This document shows, in pieces, positions 39,068-48,102 of a DNA stretch of 64,000 bases. How positions within the stretch are numbered: the stretch's first letter is position 1; the number at the start of each line of letters is the position of its first letter. Made by a program: the position numbers and the translations under genes. The notes under the pieces are model-generated. The model saw only the letters and a list, made by a program, of their open reading frames with translations, searched no databases and was not told the DNA's origin. The DNA is from Terriglobia bacterium (lineage in GTDB: Bacteria; Acidobacteriota; Terriglobia; 20CM-2-55-15), in the NCBI GenBank assembly GCA_963664115.2, contig CAXWPJ010000006.1, positions 96,001 to 160,000 on the forward strand, given 5' to 3'.

Positions 39068-40039
39068 CTGTTAGGTGTCTACCTCGCCCTGGCCTCCGCG
39101 GCAACCTTTGGTTTGAACAACGCGTCGCTGCGACGTGGTGTGCTTACAGGCAGCGTTCTGCATGCCATGGCCATTACGGTACCGCTGGGCGTACCGCTTT
39201 TTGCGTTGGCCTGCCTGCTGTTTGGTGGCTTTGAAGCAATCCCCCGACTCGCACTGCCGGGTTGGTCCTGGATGGCGCTCGCAGGCGTGGTCCATTTTGT
39301 AATCGGCAGGTACGGTAACTACCGGGCCACCCGGGCCATTGGCGCAGCACTCTCAGCTCCGATACAACAACTGAGCGTGCCCGTTTCCCTGATCCTCGCC
39401 ATCGGCTTGTTGGACGAGGTCCTTACACCGCTGAAGCTTGTTGGTTTGGTCCTCGTCATGGCGGGCCCGGCCATTGCCCTCAGGCGGGGGAAGGTGTCGG
39501 ACATCGCTGGTCCAGGGTCAGCTTTTGTCCCGAGCTATAGTGAGGGCGTAATCTGGGGTTTGGTCAGCGCGTTGGGTTATGGTACGAGTCCGTTGTTAAT
39601 CATGATGGGTCTGGGCCCCGATGGCGGGCTGATCGACAGTCTGGCCGGTGGTCTCATATCGTATTCCTCAGCGGCCATCGTCGTTGCTGTTCTGGTCCTG
39701 TTCGCCGGTGGCACGTCGTACATACGGGAGCTCGATCCTACTGCGGGAAAATGGTTCCTCGCTTCCGGAATACTTGTGTTTTTCTCACAGATGTTTCGCT
39801 ACATGGCTCTTGCTGTCGCGCCGGTTTCGGTGGTCGTGCCGTTGCAGAGATTGTCGGTCGTGTTTCGCGTGATCTTCAGTTGGATCCTGAATCGGGATCA
39901 CGAGGCGCTTGGATTCCCGGTACTGGCAGGCATTGCCCTATCGGTCGTCGGTGCGCTTGCCCTCACGGTGAGTGCTGAGTTCGTGGCATCGCTCGTCGGA
40001 GCCGACTGGGCGACGAGTCTGACGGTTGAGTGGCCCTAA
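39068..40039 (+). CDS. DMT/EamA-family transporter (probable CTG start)
   Basis: About 10 TM helices; first helix LGVYLALASAATFG lies upstream of the first TTG; GAGGA at 39056-39060. Confidence 0.8.
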   Translation: MLGVYLALASAATFGLNNASLRRGVLTGSVLHAMAITVPLGVPLFALACLLFGGFEAIPRLALPGWSWMALAGVVHFVIGRYGNYRATRAIGAALSAPIQQLSVPVSLILAIGLLDEVLTPLKLVGLVLVMAGPAIALRRGKVSDIAGPGSAFVPSYSEGVIWGLVSALGYGTSPLLIMMGLGPDGGLIDSLAGGLISYSSAAIVVAVLVLFAGGTSYIRELDPTAGKWFLASGILVFFSQMFRYMALAVAPVSVVVPLQRLSVVFRVIFSWILNRDHEALGFPVLAGIALSVVGALALTVSAEFVASLVGADWATSLTVEWP

Positions 40040-40368
40040 TTTCCCGAAGCGGAAATCTCGAGGGCCGCGGTCTCTACCGAGCCATCCGGGGAGGTTGACG
40101 TCTGGCGCCGCAGGAAGAGCGCCTGTCCTATAACACAATTCACCCATAGCATTTCGTTGGTTCTACTTGTCTCTAATTCTGCTCAGGAGATGGCATCATC
40201 TGGTATTTGCCAGGATATCGTTCAGTCGCCGTAGAAGGGGCCGAATCCACGCTTCCGGTTGGCCAGTTGTACATCCAAGTGACTGATTCAAATCACAAAA
40301 GACGTAGTTGAGGCTTCTCGTTTTTAGACCCAGGGATCTCAGTGTCCGAGAATGTCGTTTAACAGGCG

Positions 40369-40396
40369 TCGAGAATTTAATATCGAGAATTTAATA
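40369..40396. repeat. 14-bp perfect tandem duplication
   Basis: TCGAGAATTTAATA twice. Confidence 0.8.
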
Positions 40397-40464
40397 GCGT
40401 CTAACTCCCTGCCTTAGTATCCTTTACCGAGTTTTTCGCGGTTTTTCAGCGACACACTTCAAAC

Positions 40465-41085
40465 ATGGAATCCGGCACCAAACTCGGCCACTACGAGATC
40501 TCAACGCCCTTAGGTAAGGGTGGAATTGGTGAAGTGTGGCGTGCGCGGGATACCAAGCTCGGGCGTGAAGTTGCGATCAAGACTCTGCCCGAGGAGTTTG
40601 CTAAGGATGCTGATCGGCTCGCACGGTTTGAACGTGAAGCCAAACTGCTTGCCTCACTAAATCATCCGAACATTGCAGCCATTCACGGGTTTGAAGAAGA
40701 CAATGGCACGCACTTCCTCGTTCTCGAACTCGTCGAAGGCGACACAGTGGCCGATCAGTTGGAGCGTGGGGAGATTCCCGTTGAGGAATCTCTCAAACGC
40801 GCATTGCAATTTGCAGAAGCACTCGAAGCTGCCCATGAGAAGGGTGTGATTCATAGGGACCTCAAACCCGCGAATATCAAAGTCACACCTGATGGCAAAG
40901 TGAAGGTGTTGGACTTTGGACTGGCGAAGGCGTTTGAAGGGGATGCTGTTGACGCAAGTGTATCGAACTCTCCGACACTCAGTCTGGCTGCGACTCAGCA
41001 GGGCATCATCCTGGGCACTGCTGCGTATATGAGTCCCGAGCAGACCCGCGCTCCAATGAAAGCGAACCTTATCCAAATGCAATAG
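40465..41085 (+). pseudogene. Truncated eukaryotic-type Ser/Thr protein kinase
   Basis: GKGGIGEV, VAIK, HRDLKPAN, DFGLA present; similarity ends just after YMSPEQ, so subdomains IX-XI are missing. Confidence 0.85.
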
Positions 41086-41086
41086 A

Positions 41087-41692
41087 GTGATCTATTCCAT
41101 GAAACCCGGCGTGACAGCTTCGATCGTAGCAGCTTTGATGATGGCCGGAGTCAGTACGCTTGGGGACTTTCTCTGGGCGGACGTTCTTCCGCGGCCACAT
41201 CCGGCGTTCTACGGTGTCATCCATGGCGGGATTCTCTTCCTCTGCGTCGGTCTCATTCTTGGCGCATCAGCCAGACGGCCCTTGACCGGTGCCATCGGGG
41301 CGGCAGCGATCGGCGCACTGGCGTCGGTGGGTTTCTATGCGTTCGTTCCGTTTGCGGGATATTCGGTGATGTTCCCGCTTTGGATCGGTGTATGGGTAGC
41401 TCTCGGCGTGTTGCACGAAAGTCTTCACGTGCGGCGAGTCGCGCTTCGCTTCGCGTTGACCCGGGGTGGGCTTGCGGCAATTGCCGCCGGGTCAGCCTTC
41501 TACTTGGTTTCGGGGATCTGGTTTCCCTTCGATCCGCAGGGTTGGGATTTCACGGTGCACTTCGGCGCCTGGACGATCGCATACTTCCCCGGGTTCGCAG
41601 CTCTCCTCATCAGCAGATCCGACTTTCGGAGGCGAACAAACCCCAACGTTGGACGCTCGGGTGCGGTGGTCGGGACAGACGGATCAGACTGA
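41087..41692 (+). CDS. Hypothetical integral membrane protein
   Basis: About six hydrophobic helices. Confidence 0.75.
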   Translation: MIYSMKPGVTASIVAALMMAGVSTLGDFLWADVLPRPHPAFYGVIHGGILFLCVGLILGASARRPLTGAIGAAAIGALASVGFYAFVPFAGYSVMFPLWIGVWVALGVLHESLHVRRVALRFALTRGGLAAIAAGSAFYLVSGIWFPFDPQGWDFTVHFGAWTIAYFPGFAALLISRSDFRRRTNPNVGRSGAVVGTDGSD

Positions 41693-42108
41693 GAATTTCA
41701 GCGTCCGGCTCAGCAAGCCAAAAGTCCGCTTCTCTTCCGTCCGACCTCCCTTCTTTCATTCTCAAGTCCTGTATCATCGTGTCGGAAGTTGAAAATCCTC
41801 TGTATTTAGGCCGATTCTCAACTACTGACAAATCCGTGTGTCTCAGTTGAGCTTTTCTTGCTAATAAATTTCACCCGTAGTCGAATTTATAAAGAATATC
41901 AGGCGTCAGAATCAGCGTACGCTATGGCATTGACACCCACTACAGCAAAGTAACGAGCATAGACGCTGTTGATAGCCGAGTAATACAGGATCTTGTCGCG
42001 CCATTCCGATCTTGCATCAGCGCCCAGCTGCCCGTGTCGGCAAGAAGAATTTACGAAGGCCGAGCCCTTTTGTGGCAGTATTGGTTATCCGCAAGGGAGG
42101 GAGAGATC

Positions 42109-42837
42109 ATGCGCATGACCGCGTTAGTTTTCGCTTTGGTGCTGTTGCTGCCTGGACCCGCAGTCGCCCAGGAATGGGAGGAGTATGTCAACACGCAAGA
42201 CGGCTTTAGAGTGAACTTTCCGGGGCAGCCCGAGGTGAGAGAGACCACCTGGACGTCGCAAATGGACTACATCCTTCCCGCGCGTGTTTACAGCGCCGGC
42301 AGAGACTCCGAGCACTACTCGGTCACAGTTGTCGATTACACCGATCTGGAACGACAGGGTATCGAGCGTTCCAAGACGTGTCCCCCCGGCAACGCCCAGT
42401 GCCGTGAAAACGCCCCCGACACCATCGGGCCCGGGTATTGGAAGCAGGATGAGCGGGGGGCGATCGTGTATGCGACGTCCAAGCTCCTTCAGCGGGACGC
42501 CACGCTCACAAATCTGGTTTGGGACTGGCAGGACATGGTTGAAGGACACTCCATACACCTGACCAACAACGCCGACCAGTCCCGCACCTTTGCGTACATC
42601 CTGATGCATGAAAACAAACTGTATATTCTGGAAGGCACGGTGCCGCAGGGATACCCGGAGCCAGGCTTGTTTCAGCAGTCGATGGGGTGGGTTGACAACG
42701 ATGGGAATAGGATTCGTTACCAGATGATTTATTCCAACTCGTACCACGGAATGGGCGTGTACCCGGTACCGCCTATCGCTGGCACCGGTGGGGGCGTTGG
42801 CGACGGTGCCGGGGTTCCGGTGGGTGGTGGCAGATAG
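42109..42837 (+). CDS. Exported hypothetical protein (paralogue A)
   Basis: GGGAGG RBS; signal ending AVAQ; FPGQP, CPPGNAQC. Confidence 0.85.
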   Translation: MRMTALVFALVLLLPGPAVAQEWEEYVNTQDGFRVNFPGQPEVRETTWTSQMDYILPARVYSAGRDSEHYSVTVVDYTDLERQGIERSKTCPPGNAQCRENAPDTIGPGYWKQDERGAIVYATSKLLQRDATLTNLVWDWQDMVEGHSIHLTNNADQSRTFAYILMHENKLYILEGTVPQGYPEPGLFQQSMGWVDNDGNRIRYQMIYSNSYHGMGVYPVPPIAGTGGGVGDGAGVPVGGGR

Positions 42838-42975
42838 TCCCGGAGGTACTGGATCCAGCGGTCTCTCCTCAGTTGCAGCCCGTTAAACATTGCACGCCCC
42901 GCTTGTTTCGTCTATGCTCTCGCCTATTATTCCTGCTTCTTTTTTGCAGTTTTTTGAAGACGCTGGAGGGGGTGA

Positions 42976-43701
42976 ATGATGCGCCTGATTCCAATTGTTT
43001 GGGCAGTCCTGGTGCTCTCAATGTCGGAGCCTTCGTTCGCCCAGGAATGGATTGAGTTTGCCAGTCCGGAAGATCGCTTCACGTGCAATTTCCCAGGCGA
43101 ACCGACCGTATCTGAGACCACCTATCTATCGGAATATGGCGCCGATCTGCCGGCGCGTGTTTACAGCGCCACCCAAGGCCAGAGCCGCTATTCCGTAACG
43201 GTGGTCGATTACAACCAGGCCCAACCGATACTTACAGAAAAAGCCGAGGCCTGCCCACCCGGCGCCGAACCCTGCAGGGGAGGAACCAACACCGGTGCGG
43301 GATACTGGAGGAATGATGTGCGCGGCGCGATTGTCTATGCGTCGTGGCAGTTAATGCAACGGGACGTTGAGTTGACTCACTACATGTGGAATTTTGTCGA
43401 CCTCGTGGAAGGGCACCAGCTACACCTGACCAACAACACCGATAGATCCCGTACGTTCGCGTCGATCTACATGCACGAAAACAAGCTATATATCGCGGAG
43501 GGAATCGTGCCGGCGGGTTACCCAGAGCCGGGGATCTTTCAGCAATCGCTAGGATGGCTCGACGAGAACGGGATCGGGCTTCGCTATCAGGCCGTCTACT
43601 CCAACGGATCCCCCCCACCCCCCCGTGTGGACCGAGCGACTCGGCCGGGTCAAGGCCGGATTGACGCTCCTGAGGCAGGTCAAGGGCGGCAGGAGCGCTA
43701 G
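42976..43701 (+). CDS. Exported hypothetical protein (paralogue B)
   Basis: GGAGG RBS; signal ending SFAQ; FPGEP, CPPGAEPC; aligns end to end with paralogue A. Confidence 0.85.
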   Translation: MMRLIPIVWAVLVLSMSEPSFAQEWIEFASPEDRFTCNFPGEPTVSETTYLSEYGADLPARVYSATQGQSRYSVTVVDYNQAQPILTEKAEACPPGAEPCRGGTNTGAGYWRNDVRGAIVYASWQLMQRDVELTHYMWNFVDLVEGHQLHLTNNTDRSRTFASIYMHENKLYIAEGIVPAGYPEPGIFQQSLGWLDENGIGLRYQAVYSNGSPPPPRVDRATRPGQGRIDAPEAGQGRQER

Positions 43702-43740
43702 TCGCGAAAAGTTATTCTATCGACAACGAGGAGGGTAAGC

Positions 43741-44142
43741 ATGCGTTTCAAACTAGGTCTTGGTCTTGTGGCGATTTGTGGCGTTGCTCTCGCCTTGCCG
43801 GCGTGGGCACACCACTCCCACGGCAACTACGTCGACACGTTTATTGATATTGAAGGTGTGGTCAAGGAATTTCACTTGATCGCCCCGCACTCCTGGATCT
43901 ACCTGGAAGTCATCGACGCCAATGGCGATCCGCAAATGTGGGCTTTGGAAGCAACCGGTCGCGCGGGGCTCGAAAGAATAGAAGTGACGCGCGACTACCT
44001 CAAACCGGGCGACACTGTCAAAGCGCGCTGCCATCATCACAGGGACGGCTCCAACGGCTGTCTTCTGGGATTTCTGAAAGCCCAAGACGGAACCGTCAAA
44101 GATTGGGACGGCAATAACGCGCCTCCACCGACTGATTTCTGA
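43741..44142 (+). CDS. DUF6152-like exported protein
   Basis: Signal ending AWA followed by HHSH; PHSWI, WALE, LKPGD motifs. Confidence 0.8.
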   Translation: MRFKLGLGLVAICGVALALPAWAHHSHGNYVDTFIDIEGVVKEFHLIAPHSWIYLEVIDANGDPQMWALEATGRAGLERIEVTRDYLKPGDTVKARCHHHRDGSNGCLLGFLKAQDGTVKDWDGNNAPPPTDF

Positions 44143-44768
44143 GAGCTCCGGACTGACTGCTTGAACAGTTTTAACTAGACTGCGACACTATCTCCAGATC
44201 ACCGAGAGTTCGAAATCTTCGGTGACGCGGCTTGTTCCGCGGCGGGTGGTTTGGCCCTCTCACAGCCAAGAATGGAGGTGAGCCAGTGCCAATAGCCAAA
44301 AAGTTCATCAACGTATTGCGAAGAGAGCGAAATGGCTCTTGGAAGCATTTCTGGGGAATGTGGAACGCAATGCCACCCGAGGAGCTGCAACGCTAGCCGA
44401 TTCTTAGGTTCAAGTCCTGATCATTCATCTTCTCGGACGTTGACGACAGGACGACCACCATTCCTGGGAACTCTCGCCTTTTAGATAGTCACGGGTCGTT
44501 TTCCCTCGGCCGATTTGTGCGTCTAAAAACCATTGCGAGGAGCGCAGAGGTCCTTCAACGCGATTTCGCGCCGCACGATCCTGGAATGAGATTCTAGTTC
44601 CAGCGCAGAAAATTTTCATGGCCAGGGTGTTCTTGTTTTGACTCTCCCGCTCGGCTACGAGTTATAATCGGTCCATCTTATTACTGACGTTTACTGAAAT
44701 GTGCTCTTGGCCCATGTTCCTTCGTGGGGCCGATCGCGCGAAACACGTTTCGACATGGGGGTAATCCA

Positions 44769-45329
44769 ATGAAACGCATGATTCTCATCATTCTCGGTCT
44801 CGCTTCGCTGACGTTTTCAACAAGCCTGTACGCACAATCGGACGCGGAAATCATCGAACGGGCGCTTTCGGCGGCGCCGGCCCGGGGTCGCGACGCGACC
44901 GCGGTCATCAAGTGGAACGCCGACTACACTTACGAAACGATAAGGGAAGGCACCAACACAATGGTCTGCTTCGACCGGTCCGGGGAACCACACCAACGGC
45001 GGCCGTTCGCGATGCACTGCACCAACGTAGGGAACCTGCCCAGGGAAGCACAGAACCGGCGGTTCGCGGATGAGGCCGCAAACAACGAAGAGCTACAGGC
45101 GATACATCGCGCCGCCGAAGAGGCCGGAACCCGCGTGGCTCCTGAGTTCGGCTCGGTGTTCATCTCCAGGAACGGCGATGACGCGGCGAGTGCCCGAAAT
45201 CACACGACCATTGCCGTGCCAGGCGCCACGACCGAGTCCCTCGGACTGCCTGAAAATTCCAACGAGGGCGGTGCCTGGATCATGCAGGCAGGTTCGAGCT
45301 ACGCCCACATCATGACGCCGGGGAGCTAG
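44769..45329 (+). CDS. Exported hypothetical protein
   Basis: Signal peptide; ALSAAP...GTN..VC...WIM..G...AHIM.P. Confidence 0.8.
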   Translation: MKRMILIILGLASLTFSTSLYAQSDAEIIERALSAAPARGRDATAVIKWNADYTYETIREGTNTMVCFDRSGEPHQRRPFAMHCTNVGNLPREAQNRRFADEAANNEELQAIHRAAEEAGTRVAPEFGSVFISRNGDDAASARNHTTIAVPGATTESLGLPENSNEGGAWIMQAGSSYAHIMTPGS

Positions 45330-45400
45330 CGACCTGCAGGTGTGACAGACGGATTACGACACGCTTACCTCGCGCAGGTCTGGAAGGTGTGCGTGAAGAA

Positions 45401-45441
45401 TTGACAGGCAGGAGATCGTCGGTTCGAGTCCGGTCGATCCA
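45401..45441 (+). pseudogene. Degenerate 3' half of a tRNA (Val-GAC-like)
   Basis: TTGACAG-GCAG-GAGATC-GTCGG-TTCGAGT-CCGGT-CGATCCA; no D-arm or 5' acceptor strand found. Confidence 0.5.
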
Positions 45442-45461
45442 ATTTTAGATCGCAACAACAG

Positions 45462-45489
45462 AGGCGGGTCCAGGCGGCCCGCCTTTTTT
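45462..45489 (+). terminator. Intrinsic terminator after the tRNA remnant
   Basis: AGGCGGGTC-CAGGC-GGCCCGCCT followed by a T-tract. Confidence 0.7.
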
Positions 45490-45614
45490 CGTGTCCAAAC
45501 CGAGCTCCACATGGGCCGAGGCTGGTTGCGCTTGGAACCCCGTCCTGTTCGCTTCCGATTGTGCGCTTGATTCGGCCTTTTCCATGGTTGCCAGCAGCTG
45601 TAAACGACCTGAAT

Positions 45615-47855
45615 CTATCGATGGAGCGAGTAGGTGATCTTTGTCGTGAGAGAGCGGTCCGAGATGCCTGAAAAAACACCATCGGTATAGCGGGTCTCGT
45701 TGTAAACGATATGGAAATTGTCAATTGTCCGGAAGATATAGTTGAATCGCAGTTGCAGCGCCGCCAGGTCGCCTGAACTGTTGTACTGGAGAAAGGCCGA
45801 TGTCAGGAGATTGTTGGTAAAGGAAACGTTCGCACGAATCCCGACAAGATGGGTGTTGAAAGCGCCCTCGCGTAAGTCGATCGCGTTGAATCTGTAACTG
45901 GGAATGAAGTTGATATTTTCGTTGGGCCGTATGTTGCTATCCAGGTTCAAGGATCGCTTTGTGCCGTTGTAAAAGTTCCCGATGTCCACTCCGGCGCTAC
46001 CGGCAAAGCTTCTGCCGTTGAAGGAGCGAAAGCTGAGGCTGGCCGCGTTCCATTGATAGGTTCCCACCGGCAAGGTCACGCCGGGACCGATCTGGAACTC
46101 TCGGGAAAGACGTTCCAAATCGTTCCGAAGATTGAATTGCAGCCGATCACCACTCTGAAAAACAGCGGCCAGCTGCAGTCGCGTCGTCCGGCTTTTGAGC
46201 ACGTTCGCGTCGTCGTGAAAGTAAACGAAGTCCGGATTGAATTCGAAGTTGCGGATGAGGTCGCCGCCGGGTCGTGGTCTGACGTAGAACCGCGCTCCGA
46301 TCATCCGATCCCGGCGCCGGGCAAACCCGATTCCAGGATCGAAATCGGGGTCGATGTCGATGTAATTGACGCCCGCAGAAATCAAAGCGTCCTGCCACAG
46401 GACTCCGAGTTGACGGGCCGTTTGCTTGCCGCTGATCCCGGTGCTGGATGACTTTGCGAATAGACCACCCAGGGTCAAATGGTCTTTCAGGACAAAGTTT
46501 GCATCGACACCCGCCAGGCGGTTGGCGTCGCCCTGGCTCTGCCGGTTCGTAAAAATAGTGCCGATATAGGAACGACCCAGGATCTCCTTGCGAACCCGTG
46601 CCACCATGAAGTTTTCGCCTGGCTGCTGCTGATAGTCGTCGGTTTGTACGTTAAGAACGCCCAGGTCGAACCCTCCAACTTTCCCTGTCAGCTTGCCGCC
46701 CCCGACAATCGAAATGGGTTGGCCCGATTCAGACAAGCCAATCCTCCGACTGTAAAACAGTTCCAGGGGAGGCGGCCCGAAATGAAGAAAACTCACTCTC
46801 ATCTTCAAGGAATCGGCGCCTTCGATGAAGAACTGCCGTTTTTCCTGGAAGAAAAGGCTGAAGCGAGTCAGGTTGACCTGCTGTGCATCGACTTCGACCT
46901 GTCCAAAATCCGGATTGAACGCCAGGTCAGCCGTGAGGTTTGAGGTCAACGCAAACTTCAGGTCATCGATACCCACATCCCACACTTTTTGCGTTCCATT
47001 AGACCTGTCGGCGGCGAGTCGCTTGAGGCCTGCGACTACGTATGGACGTATGCGCAGACGTTCTTCCTGTGTGATTTCGCTCAGCCCTTCCAGGTGCCCC
47101 GCTTGCGAGACGTGATTGAACTGAAAGTTACGATTCCACCCCGACCAGTAGACAAACTCGTTTTTTCTCTTGATCACCCGCTCGAAGTTGATGCCCCATG
47201 TCTGTTCTGCCGCTGCCGAAAACCGGAGTATCTTGAACGGGATCGAATACTCGGCGGTCCACCCGTTTCCGGTAATGACGCTGGCCTCGGTCCACTGCTC
47301 ATCCCACTCGCTGCTTACGCGATCCGACTCGTTGCGTATGAGGGCATCAAACCGGGTTCCGAGTGGGTTGACGCGGAACAGGAAAGCGTTCCGATGATCA
47401 TGGAATGTATCGAGAATGACCGTGAAGGTGTCGTCACCCTCGAGAGTGCTGTCACGCTGCAGTTGGCTGGCCCGAATCCGATCCGGTTCGCTATCTTGAA
47501 GTTCCACTCCTACGTAAAGATTGGCTTGGTCGTAGGCAATACATACGCGGGTGGGTTCGGTGGCTTGCTGACCTTCTAGCGGTTCCTTCTGATAGAAATC
47601 GGAAATACCACACGCTCCCTCCCATATGGTTTCGTCGAGCTGGCCATCGATCAACGGTGCCTGACTGACCTGCTGAGCGTAGACCCCGGGCCGCGCTTGA
47701 TCCTGCGAGGGAGAGACCACCGCGAAAGCGTCCGTCGAGAAAAGCAGGAGGCACAGCAGAAGTGCTCGGAGGTGCCGGTGTGTTACAGCTGCGGAGCAGA
47801 AAAACAGAAGGTGTCCCGAACTCACTTGAAACCTGGTGGCGATTTGCTCCGACAT
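45615..47855 (-). CDS. CBM9-like plus DUF5916 outer-membrane-type protein
   Basis: IDGQLDE..W, GWTAEYSIPF, NPDFGQVEVD, EKRQFFIEG, FYSRRIG. Confidence 0.85.
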   Translation of the reverse strand: MSEQIATRFQVSSGHLLFFCSAAVTHRHLRALLLCLLLFSTDAFAVVSPSQDQARPGVYAQQVSQAPLIDGQLDETIWEGACGISDFYQKEPLEGQQATEPTRVCIAYDQANLYVGVELQDSEPDRIRASQLQRDSTLEGDDTFTVILDTFHDHRNAFLFRVNPLGTRFDALIRNESDRVSSEWDEQWTEASVITGNGWTAEYSIPFKILRFSAAAEQTWGINFERVIKRKNEFVYWSGWNRNFQFNHVSQAGHLEGLSEITQEERLRIRPYVVAGLKRLAADRSNGTQKVWDVGIDDLKFALTSNLTADLAFNPDFGQVEVDAQQVNLTRFSLFFQEKRQFFIEGADSLKMRVSFLHFGPPPLELFYSRRIGLSESGQPISIVGGGKLTGKVGGFDLGVLNVQTDDYQQQPGENFMVARVRKEILGRSYIGTIFTNRQSQGDANRLAGVDANFVLKDHLTLGGLFAKSSSTGISGKQTARQLGVLWQDALISAGVNYIDIDPDFDPGIGFARRRDRMIGARFYVRPRPGGDLIRNFEFNPDFVYFHDDANVLKSRTTRLQLAAVFQSGDRLQFNLRNDLERLSREFQIGPGVTLPVGTYQWNAASLSFRSFNGRSFAGSAGVDIGNFYNGTKRSLNLDSNIRPNENINFIPSYRFNAIDLREGAFNTHLVGIRANVSFTNNLLTSAFLQYNSSGDLAALQLRFNYIFRTIDNFHIVYNETRYTDGVFSGISDRSLTTKITYSLHR

Positions 47856-48102
47856 GGATCGATCGCAGTTTGTGAGGAGCGTGTCATTGTTTGAGACAGG
47901 AAGCTGTGGGGTGCATCAGCATTGGTTCGTTCATATTGTTAGTGAATACGCGCGGCCCGGGCAAGGGAAAATATCGTACCTCAGGCTGAAGACCTTTTGA
48001 AATCAGGACATAGGCCTTTCTGAAGGCACCGCGAACCCTCCACCCTGCCCCCGCCACCGGGTCCGGAGGAGTCCACTGTGGGGAGTATGATGACTCCGTA
48101 AG

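Noticed and set aside
40397-41656. Integron attC-like ends (GCGTCTAAC ... GTTGGACGC)
   Set aside because: About 1.25 kb apart, no attC hairpin and no integrase
44395-44424. Second tRNA fragment (TTAGG-TTCAAGT-CCTGA T-arm-like)
   Set aside because: Only a T-arm-like hairpin, with no acceptor or anticodon arm; could be chance
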